A stretch of 64,000 nt of DNA, taken from the NCBI GenBank assembly GCA_963767925.1, contig CAVYGB010000001.1, positions 295,085 through 359,084 of the forward strand, written 5' to 3'. Positions 17,168-26,348 of the stretch are shown in pieces; position 1 is the first letter of the stretch, and every line of letters starts with the position of its first letter. Made by a program: the position numbers and the translations under genes. The notes under the pieces are model-generated. The model worked only from the letters and a program-made list of their open reading frames with translations. It ran no database searches and was not told the DNA's origin. This DNA is from an uncultured delta proteobacterium. Its GTDB lineage: Bacteria > Myxococcota_A > Polyangia > Fen-1088.

Positions 17168-20067
17168 TGGCGCCCGAGGACGACGAGGAGCGGCTGCTCC
17201 GCTCGGTGGCCCTGCAGAACGTCCAGATCATCCTGCAGGAGCGGCAGCGCATCGAGCGCGAGCTGGCTGCCGAGCGCGAGCGCCTCCGCATCACCCTGGC
17301 CAGCATCGGCGACGCTGTGATCAGCACCGACGCCGAGGGGCGGGTCGTCTTCCTCAACGGCGTGGCCGAGGCCCTGACCGGCTGGCCCCAGGCCGAGGCC
17401 GCCGGCCGGCCCCTGTCGGAGATCTTCCACATCGTCAACGAGGTCACCCGCCTGCCGGTCGACAACCCCGCCCTGCGCGCCCTGCGGGAGGGGCGGGTGG
17501 TGGACCTCGCCAACCACACCCTCTTGATCGCCCGCGACGGCCGCGAGCGGCCCATCGACGACTCCGCCGCCCCGATGCGCGACGATGAGGGGGCGACCAT
17601 CGGCGCCGTCCTCGTGTTCCGCGACGTCAGCGAGCGGAAGCGAGCCGAGGAGGCGCACCTCCGGCTGGCGGCCATCGTCGAGTCCTCCGAGGACGCCATC
17701 CTGAGCAAGACCCTCGATGGGATCATCCGCTCCTGGAACGTCGGGGCGGGGCGGCTGTTCGGCTACACCTCCGAGGAGGCGGTCGGGAAGCACATCACGC
17801 TGATCATCCCGCCCGACCGGCTGGAGGAGGAGGCGACCATCCTGGGCCGGCTGCAGCGGGGCGAGCGCATCGATCACTTCGAGACCGTGCGGGTGCGCAA
17901 GGATGGCCGCCGCGTCGACATCTCCCTCACCATCTCGCCGCTGCGGGATCACGAGGGGACGATCATCGGCGCCTCCAAGATCGCCCGCGACATCACCGGG
18001 CGCAAGCGGGCCGATGCGGCCCTGCGCGAGAGCGAGGGCCGGCACCGCGTCCTGGCCGACCTCGCCGCCGCCACCCAGGCCCTCGTCGAGCCCGGCGAGG
18101 TCATGGGGACGGCCGCCCGCATGCTGGCCGAGCACCTCGCCGTCGACCGCTGCGTCTACGCCGAGCTCGAGGACGAAGCGGTCCTGGTCGTGACCGGGGA
18201 GCACACCCGGTGTGGGCTCGGCCTCCTGGGGCGCTGGCCGCTGGCCGCCTTCGGCTCGGAGTACGCCCGGCTCATGGCGGCCAATGAGCCCTTCGTCGTC
18301 CACGACCTCGACCGGGATCCCCGGGTGGGCGCGGATCTCAGCGCCTACCGGCAGGCCAGCATCCGGGCGATGATCGCGGTGCCCATGCGCCAGGCGGGCA
18401 AGCTCGCCGCGACCATGATGGTCTACCAGGCCGCGCCCCGCGCCTGGACGCCCGCGGAGGTCGAGCTGGTGCAGACCGTGGGGGGGCGCTGCTGGGAGTC
18501 GATCGAACGGACCCGGGTAGGACGTGGCTTGCAGGCGGCGGCCGAGCGCCTCACGCTGGCCCTCGACGCCGCCCGCCTGGGCGACTGGAGCTGGCAGGCC
18601 GGGACCGACCGCCTGACCCTGTCCCCGCGCGCCGCCGAGATCTTCGGGGTCCCGCCCGGCGGGCCCCTCACCGCGCGCGAGCTGCAGGCCCTCGTCCACG
18701 AGGAGGACCGTGCCCTGGCCAGCCTGCCGGCGGATCGGGCGGCGACCGGGCCCGTCCTCTACGACGTGGAGTACCGGGTGCGACGCCCCGACGGGCGGGA
18801 GGTCTGGGTCTCGGCCAGGGGCCAGGTCGAATACGCCCCGGGTGGCGCGGTCCGGGGGATACTCGGCGTGTTCCAGGACATCACCGAGAAGAAGCACCTC
18901 GAGCAGGAGCTGCGCCAGCGGGCGGAGGAGCTGGCCGAGGCCGACCGGAAGAAGGACGACTTCATCGCGCTGCTGGCCCACGAGCTCCGCAATCCGCTGG
19001 CGCCCGTGTCGACCGGGCTGCAGGTGATGCTCCGGGCGCGCGATCCGGCGGTTGTGAGCCGGGCGGGGGTCATGATGGACCGCCAGCTCTCGCACATGGT
19101 GCGGATGATCGACGACCTGCTGGACGTCTCCCGGATCAGCCGCAACAAGCTCCACCTGCAAAAGGATCGGGTGTTGCTGGCGGAGGTGGTGAACCACGCC
19201 CTCGAGGTGGTCAACTCCGCGCTCGCGGCGGCGGGACACCAGCTCCACGTCTCGTTGCCGCCCGAGCCGGTCATGCTGGAGGGCGATCTGACCCGGCTGG
19301 CCCAGGTGTTCGGCAACATCCTCACCAACAGCGCGAAATACACCGAGCGGGGCGGCCGGATCTGGCTCGAGGCCCGGGTCGAGGGGGGCGAGGCGATCGT
19401 CTCGATCCGCGACACCGGCATCGGCATCCCCGCCCCGGAGCTGAGCCGCGTGTTCGACATGTTCTCCCAGGTCGGCCGCAGCGTGGAGCGGGTCACCGGG
19501 GGGCTCGGCATCGGGCTGGCCCTGGTGAAGGCCCTCGTCGAGGCCCACGGGGGCAAGGTGACCGCGGAGAGCCCGGGGCCGGGGGCGGGCAGCACCTTCA
19601 CCGTGCGCCTGCAGGTGGCGGACGCCCACGCGGGCGCCGCGGCGGCTGCGCCCGGGGAGCTCGCGGCGGCCGGCAGCCGGCTCAAGGTGGTGGTGGCCGA
19701 CGACAACCAGGACGCCGCCGCTTCGCTGGCCGAGCTGCTCGAGATGCTGGGCAACGAGGTGCACGTGGCCCACGACGGCGCGCAGGCGGTCGAGACGGCC
19801 GAGCGGGTGCGCCCCGACCTCGTGCTGATGGACATCGGGATGCCGAGGGCGGACGGCCTGACCGCCACCCGGCGGCTGCGAGAGCGCCCCTGGGCCCAGG
19901 GGGTGACCATCATCGCCCTCACCGGCTGGGGGCAACACGGCGATCGCGAGCGGACGCGCGCCGCGGGCTGCGACGACCACCTGGTCAAGCCGGTGACCTT
20001 GCCCCAGCTCGAGAAGCTGCTGGCCGCCCTGCGGCCCGCCCGCCGACCGGACGCACCCGCGCCGTAG
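17167..20067 (+). CDS. Hybrid sensor histidine kinase (multiple PAS, GAF, HisKA, HATPase_c, C-terminal receiver)
   Basis: H-box 'FIALLAHELRNPLAP', N/G boxes ('NILTNSAKYT', 'DTGIGI', 'GGLGIGLAL') and receiver 'LKVVVADDNQD...DLVLMDIGMP'. The start overlaps the previous stop (TGATG). Confidence 0.9.
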   Translation: MAPEDDEERLLRSVALQNVQIILQERQRIERELAAERERLRITLASIGDAVISTDAEGRVVFLNGVAEALTGWPQAEAAGRPLSEIFHIVNEVTRLPVDNPALRALREGRVVDLANHTLLIARDGRERPIDDSAAPMRDDEGATIGAVLVFRDVSERKRAEEAHLRLAAIVESSEDAILSKTLDGIIRSWNVGAGRLFGYTSEEAVGKHITLIIPPDRLEEEATILGRLQRGERIDHFETVRVRKDGRRVDISLTISPLRDHEGTIIGASKIARDITGRKRADAALRESEGRHRVLADLAAATQALVEPGEVMGTAARMLAEHLAVDRCVYAELEDEAVLVVTGEHTRCGLGLLGRWPLAAFGSEYARLMAANEPFVVHDLDRDPRVGADLSAYRQASIRAMIAVPMRQAGKLAATMMVYQAAPRAWTPAEVELVQTVGGRCWESIERTRVGRGLQAAAERLTLALDAARLGDWSWQAGTDRLTLSPRAAEIFGVPPGGPLTARELQALVHEEDRALASLPADRAATGPVLYDVEYRVRRPDGREVWVSARGQVEYAPGGAVRGILGVFQDITEKKHLEQELRQRAEELAEADRKKDDFIALLAHELRNPLAPVSTGLQVMLRARDPAVVSRAGVMMDRQLSHMVRMIDDLLDVSRISRNKLHLQKDRVLLAEVVNHALEVVNSALAAAGHQLHVSLPPEPVMLEGDLTRLAQVFGNILTNSAKYTERGGRIWLEARVEGGEAIVSIRDTGIGIPAPELSRVFDMFSQVGRSVERVTGGLGIGLALVKALVEAHGGKVTAESPGPGAGSTFTVRLQVADAHAGAAAAAPGELAAAGSRLKVVVADDNQDAAASLAELLEMLGNEVHVAHDGAQAVETAERVRPDLVLMDIGMPRADGLTATRRLRERPWAQGVTIIALTGWGQHGDRERTRAAGCDDHLVKPVTLPQLEKLLAALRPARRPDAPAP

Positions 20068-20075
20068 CGGCGGAG

Positions 20076-20094
20076 CTAGTCCCGGGGGGACTAG
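20076..20094. terminator. Candidate bidirectional hairpin between convergent genes
   Basis: CTAGTCCC-ggg-GGGACTAG (8-bp stem) lies 9 bp after the kinase stop and overlaps the stop of the minus-strand gene. There is no clear U-tract. Confidence 0.3.
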
Positions 20095-20714
20095 AAGAGC
20101 TCGACCTCGACCGAGTCGTCGGGGAGGCGGGCGCGGGCCCGGGCGGCGCGCTTGCGGCTGCTGGTCTTGCGGGCCTTGCCGACCGCGCGGGCCTTGGCCC
20201 GGGACATCGCCGAGGGGGCGGCCTTGCGGGCGGCGGCGGGCCGCGGCTCGTCGTCGTCGGCCTGGTCGTCGGCCTCCGGGACCGGCGCGGTGGGAGCGGG
20301 CACCAGCGAGCGGGTCTCGGGTAAAGGGCTTCCGCCGGTCCCCGACACCCGTTCGGACGCCTCCTGGTCGGCGGTCGAGCGGCCGAGCTTCCCCTGCAAC
20401 CAGCCGAGCATGCCGCGCGGGGGGGCCAGGGTCAGGACGATGCCGGCGGCGGCACCCAGCAGGACGGCGGCGGCGAGCACGTTCCGGCGCCGGTTGCCTC
20501 CGCGCTGCTGCCGCATGGGCGGCGGCCGCGACAGCCGCTGCGTCGACTCCGCATCGAGCAGCGGCTCGAGATCGAGGCGGTGCCCGATGATGGTCGGCAC
20601 TGGCTCACCGGGGTCCGGCGGGGCCGGCGCCCCGTCGTCTTCCGTCCGGAATTCCGCACGGTTTTCCGCACGGTCTTGCGCGCGATCTTGCGTGGGGCGT
20701 GAGTCCCGGCTCAT
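20091..20714 (-). CDS. Hypothetical single-pass membrane protein with low-complexity tails
   Basis: 207-aa ORF with a charged N-terminus, one TM helix ('VLAAAVLLGAAAGIVLTLAPP') and a basic Ala/Arg/Lys-rich C-terminus. Confidence 0.45.
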   Translation of the reverse strand: MSRDSRPTQDRAQDRAENRAEFRTEDDGAPAPPDPGEPVPTIIGHRLDLEPLLDAESTQRLSRPPPMRQQRGGNRRRNVLAAAVLLGAAAGIVLTLAPPRGMLGWLQGKLGRSTADQEASERVSGTGGSPLPETRSLVPAPTAPVPEADDQADDDEPRPAAARKAAPSAMSRAKARAVGKARKTSSRKRAARARARLPDDSVEVELF

Positions 20715-20842
20715 TCGACGTCACTATGGGTTCGGTGGCGGCGTCGTCTGACCGAGCGAGCAACCCCGAATTGGCGCAGAACACTATCTGGTGTCGAAGA
20801 GATATGCCATAAGAAAGCGAACACCCTCGGGATCCGCTCGGC

Positions 20843-21457
20843 TCAGGACTGACGCCACAGGACGAGGCGGTCGCCGCCCGCCCGCTCGGTGTGCACGCGC
20901 TCGAAGCCGTCGGGCAGGTTGCCCCCGAAGCCGTAGAAGGTGACAACGGCGGTGCCGGGGCGGGCGGTGGCCAGCTTCTCCTGGATGGTCTTCACGTAGC
21001 GGCGGTACAGGGAGCGCGAGCGCACCACCTCGCCGTCGATGGGGAGCACGCTGCGGTCGCCGAGCTGCTCGAAGAACGGATTGAAGAGATAAAAGCCGTC
21101 GAAGCCGGAAAAATCGAAGTCGACGATGTTGGCCCGGGAGAAGCGGACCCGGCGCACGCCACAGCGGGCGGCGGCGGCGCGGGCGACGTCGACGAGGTGG
21201 GGCCGCCGCTCGACCCCCACGAACGACGCCCCGGTGGTGAGGGCGCCAACGATGCAGAACTTCCCCGGCCCCGACCCCACGTCGAGGATCGAGGTGGCGT
21301 CCGCCTCGGTGAGCAGGGTGGCCGCCCGCATCGCCACCCGCACGGGAGTCCAGTGCTGGCGCGACAGGGCGCGCACGTCGGCCGGATACACCTGATCGAA
21401 GGCCCGGTCGCTCACCACCCCTCCGGCCTTCAACGTGACGGCGATCGTGCTGGGCAT
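20843..21457 (-). CDS. Class I SAM-dependent methyltransferase
   Basis: Motif I 'ILDVGSGPGKFCIVGA' and motif II 'VGVERRP'. Confidence 0.8.
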   Translation of the reverse strand: MPSTIAVTLKAGGVVSDRAFDQVYPADVRALSRQHWTPVRVAMRAATLLTEADATSILDVGSGPGKFCIVGALTTGASFVGVERRPHLVDVARAAAARCGVRRVRFSRANIVDFDFSGFDGFYLFNPFFEQLGDRSVLPIDGEVVRSRSLYRRYVKTIQEKLATARPGTAVVTFYGFGGNLPDGFERVHTERAGGDRLVLWRQS

Positions 21458-21621
21458 GGGCTCGGGCGGGACGGCGGGGCGACGGGACGATCCGGCCCCG
21501 GTATACGCCGGCGCGCGTCCGCGAGCCAGCGCCCGCTGCCCTGCGGGGCCCTCTCCCCTCGAAGGGTGCGACGCGCGAGGTCGCCGGGGGGAGCCGCGGG
21601 TGTTACCTTTTCCTGATCGCC

Positions 21622-23139
<1,518 letters not shown>

Positions 23140-23154
23140 ACGCTCCCCCAGATT

Positions 23155-23329
23155 CCTCACCCCTCCCTCTCCGCGCTGGCGCGGGGCGAGGGCGAACGAT
23201 GGGCGAGGAGCCTCGGTCGTCCCCGAGCGAGCGGATCCATGGCTCGGTTTCGCGCGATTTCGGCGCCCTGTTGCCCGTTCGCCCTCGCCCCGCGAAGCGG
23301 GGAGAGGGTGGGGGTGGGTGGGGGTGAGG
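23155..23329. repeat. Two inverted copies of a REP-like hairpin element flanking a 77-bp spacer
   Basis: The left arm (23155-23198) and right arm (23276-23329) share an 18-bp perfect inverted match (GCGGGGCGAGGGCGAACG) plus CCCTCTCC/GGAGAGGG and CCTCACCCC/GGGGTGAGG. Each arm has its own small hairpin. Confidence 0.7.
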
Positions 23330-23366
23330 GGGCTCCGGGGAGGAGGGCAGCCGGGTGGCTGTCGCT

Positions 23367-24737
23367 TCAGGGCGAGACGGCCGGGCAGCGGGTCGGGGGG
23401 CCGCGGACCTCGATCTGGGCGGGGGCGGTGTTGTCGCTCATGTCGGGGTCGCCGGACCACAGGGTCGCCTGGGCCTCGGGTTGCAGGCGGGTCCCCTCGG
23501 GCAGGCCGCAGGCCACCGTCGCGGTCAAGGTGACGACCGCCGTCTCGCCGCCGCCGAGCGCGGGGACGCTGACCGCGGGCAGGGGGCCGCCGGCGCAGGT
23601 GCCGAGGGTCGTGGTGCAGGCGGCGAGGGTGAGGCCGCGGGGGAGCGCCAGCTCGACCCGGGCCTGGCGGGCGCCCTCGGGGTGGCGGTTGGTGACCGCC
23701 ACCGACACGGTCACGGTCGTGCCGGGGGCGGCGATCGGCGGCGTCACCGTGGTGCGCACCGCCAGGTTGGCGCGGATGGACGCCAGGTAGATCGCCTCGT
23801 CGATCTCCGGCTCCTGCGACCGGGTCGAGCTGTCGCCGTCGATGAAGCCCACGCTGGTGTGGAAGGCGAAGCGCAGGTTGCCCCAGTCGTCCCAGCCGGT
23901 CAGCTCGGTGGTCTCCCGCGTGCCGGGGCGGAGGGTCTGCTGGTCGTCGCCCGCCGCCAGGGTGTCGCACCGGCGGTCGGGGCCGTTGGCGATGACAGCC
24001 CCGGCGATCACGTCGTCGCCGGCCGGGGCCGTGTCGAGGATCCGGTTGCGGCCGGGACCCACGCAGCGCCCGTCGCCGCTGGGGTCGCTCGCCACGCCGC
24101 TGTCGCCGCTGACCGCGTTGCAGTTCCAGTCGACCGGTGCGCCGCCCACGAGGGGATCCCGGCGGTAGTGGGGGCAGAAGTAGAAGGAGTGGTCCTCGCT
24201 GTCGCCGATCCCGGCCGGCTCGTGCAGGTAGGTCTCGAACAGGGAGGGCAGGGCCGCGCGCGAGAAGTCGATGCGGCCGCTGAGCGGCCCCGGCCCGTCA
24301 GGGTCGCGCGGAGGGATGCCGGCGAGCTGGAAGGTGTAGCTCATGATGCTGATGTAGTTGGGCTTGTCGTTGAGGTTGTCCCCGCCGCCGTGCCGCAGTC
24401 CGAGGGTGTGCCCGAGCTCGTGCACGAAGGTGCCGGCCTGCTGGGACACGGTGCCGACCATGGCGTCGGCCAGGCCGTCCTGGTCGAGGTCGGCGCCCTG
24501 GTTGCCGAAGCCCCCCAGCGACACGACGAAGTCGTTGCCCGGCAGCTCGCCACAGCCCGAGCTGCCGGAGCTGGGATGTTGCAGGTGGGAGAACAGGGCG
24601 TAGCGGTAGGCGAAGCGGCGCGGGTTCTCGGGGCCGAAGATGGCGGGGTCGGGTCCGTTTTTCCTGCTGCTCGGACGGAGCGAGCCAGGCGTCGAGATGC
24701 CCAGCATGAGCAGGCCCGTGCAGGTCGGCGGCATCAC
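23367..24737 (-). CDS. Zinc metalloprotease (HExxH...metzincin-like) with C-terminal DUF11-type repeat domain; no signal peptide, possibly 5'-truncated
   Basis: 'FVHELGHTLGLRHGG' and C-terminal 'TVTPPIAAPGTTVTVSVAVTN' repeats. The ORF is bounded upstream by an in-frame TAG at 24738-24740. Confidence 0.65.
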   Translation of the reverse strand: MMPPTCTGLLMLGISTPGSLRPSSRKNGPDPAIFGPENPRRFAYRYALFSHLQHPSSGSSGCGELPGNDFVVSLGGFGNQGADLDQDGLADAMVGTVSQQAGTFVHELGHTLGLRHGGGDNLNDKPNYISIMSYTFQLAGIPPRDPDGPGPLSGRIDFSRAALPSLFETYLHEPAGIGDSEDHSFYFCPHYRRDPLVGGAPVDWNCNAVSGDSGVASDPSGDGRCVGPGRNRILDTAPAGDDVIAGAVIANGPDRRCDTLAAGDDQQTLRPGTRETTELTGWDDWGNLRFAFHTSVGFIDGDSSTRSQEPEIDEAIYLASIRANLAVRTTVTPPIAAPGTTVTVSVAVTNRHPEGARQARVELALPRGLTLAACTTTLGTCAGGPLPAVSVPALGGGETAVVTLTATVACGLPEGTRLQPEAQATLWSGDPDMSDNTAPAQIEVRGPPTRCPAVSP

Positions 24738-25053
24738 CTACGGTTCCCTGAACCTCGTCCTCGACCCCCTCGGCCTCATCCGCCGATCGCAGCCCTGAGC
24801 AGCAGGCGGGCTCCGGACGTGCGCCCGCTGCCAGTCCCCGGCGGTGGCGTGGTCGACGGCGTCGAGGAGCCGCTGGTCCACGCTGCTCATTCACGAAGCG
24901 TACCGCTCTGCGGGGCACCGAAGTAGTGCCCTTTTCAAGCTGCGCGGCGGCGCTCGGGTGGGGCACCTCCGTCGGGACGCAACGTCGAACCCGGCGGGTA
25001 GCATCGACGTCAGTGACCCGCAGCTGCGATCCCGGGCGATCACCCCGGGCGGG

Positions 25054-25806
25054 TCACTCCGGGCAGGTGCCGGCGGGGCAGCTGGTGGTGCCGGGTTCGC
25101 CTTCGAGGCCGGGGCAGCCCAGGTCGGGGAGCTCGTAGCGGGTGCCTTCGCAGGTGAGGATGAGGCGGTCGGTGGTCTTGTTCCAGGTGCCGGTGAGCAG
25201 GACGGCGCCGGTCGGGGCGGTCCAGGCCAGCGTCTCGATGTTGCTGGCGTCGGTGCCGCTGACGTCGAGGGTGTAGCAGGCGCTGCCGTCCTGGCGGGAC
25301 ACGCGCATGCTCGTCATGTAGCCCGTGTCGGTGGAGGTGGCGATCGACAGCTTCTTCACGCCGTTGGCGAGGCAGTAGTTGGTGCGGACCACCTCTCCCT
25401 GGGTGACGATCTGCGACTGGCACATCTCGTCGTCGCCGATGCAGGCGGCGGCGGCCAGGAACAGCCCCTGGCAGGGGAGCTGAAAGCAGGAGGTCGCGAC
25501 GACGACGCCGGGCTCGGGCGGCAGGCGGGTGTCGGGCGGCACCAGGTCGCGGGCCTGGGGCGGTCGGTCGGGCGGCAGGTCGGGCGCGAGATCGATCGGG
25601 CGATCGACGAAGACGGCGCTGCTCGCGTCGACGATCTGTCCGCCGCGGCCGCCGTTGCCGCTGGGCCCGCTCGTGCCGCCGGCGCCCCCTTCGCCGCCGT
25701 CCTCGGGGGACGTCGGTTCGAGCGCCGGGGAGCCGCCACAGGCGGCGAGCGCTCCGGCGAGGAGCAGCAGGATCGGGTGACGGAAGGACGAAGGCAGGCG
25801 TGTCAT
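25054..25806 (-). CDS. Hypothetical lipoprotein
   Basis: Signal 'MTRLPSSFRHPILLLLAGALAACGG' with a Gly-rich linker and a Cys-containing globular part. Confidence 0.6.
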   Translation of the reverse strand: MTRLPSSFRHPILLLLAGALAACGGSPALEPTSPEDGGEGGAGGTSGPSGNGGRGGQIVDASSAVFVDRPIDLAPDLPPDRPPQARDLVPPDTRLPPEPGVVVATSCFQLPCQGLFLAAAACIGDDEMCQSQIVTQGEVVRTNYCLANGVKKLSIATSTDTGYMTSMRVSRQDGSACYTLDVSGTDASNIETLAWTAPTGAVLLTGTWNKTTDRLILTCEGTRYELPDLGCPGLEGEPGTTSCPAGTCPE

Positions 25807-25883
25807 CAGAAGTGTTTCCTCTCCCTACCCGCGGGTAGTCTAGGAGACGCCCCCCATGCGGCAACGGCAGACCGCCGCGCGGT

Positions 25884-26052
25884 GGGGCCGTTCGCGGGTT
25901 TTCGCCGCCTGCCCCTCCCGCGCTAACGCGGAGCCGCCGGGGGCCGTTCGCGGGTTTTCGCCCGCCTGCCCCCTCCCGCGCTAGGCGAGCCGCGCGGGGG
26001 GGCCCGTACGCGGGTTTTTCGCCCGCCAATCCCCCTCCCGCTGACGCGGGTC
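25884..26052. repeat. Intergenic tandem repeat, about 55-57 bp x 3
   Basis: Unit: GGGGCCGTTCGCGGGTTTTCGCC(C)GCCTGCCCC(C)TCCCGCGCTAnCG... The copies start at 25884, 25939 and 25996, and the third is the most diverged. Each unit contains CGCGGG...CCCGCG. Confidence 0.8.
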
Positions 26053-26348
26053 GCACGGATTGCAGGCGGTACCGCCCGGGCGACGGCTGGTCCGCATGAA
26101 CGTGCTGATCCAGCAGATGCCAGCCTCCTCCAGTCAGGGAGCGGGATGGTCCGCATACGGCCCGGTTCGAGTCGGGTGGTGCGCGGAGACACGAAACTCG
26201 GCACAGAGATGAAATCTTTCCGAGATCGAGGCGTTGTGAAGTTGACCCACACGAGACTGGGTCGATGATCGGACTCCTGTGACGCCTGGCGGCCGCCAGG
26301 TGCCGGACGCTCCCGGAACCAGCCACGCCCGCGAAAGGCACTGCCGTC

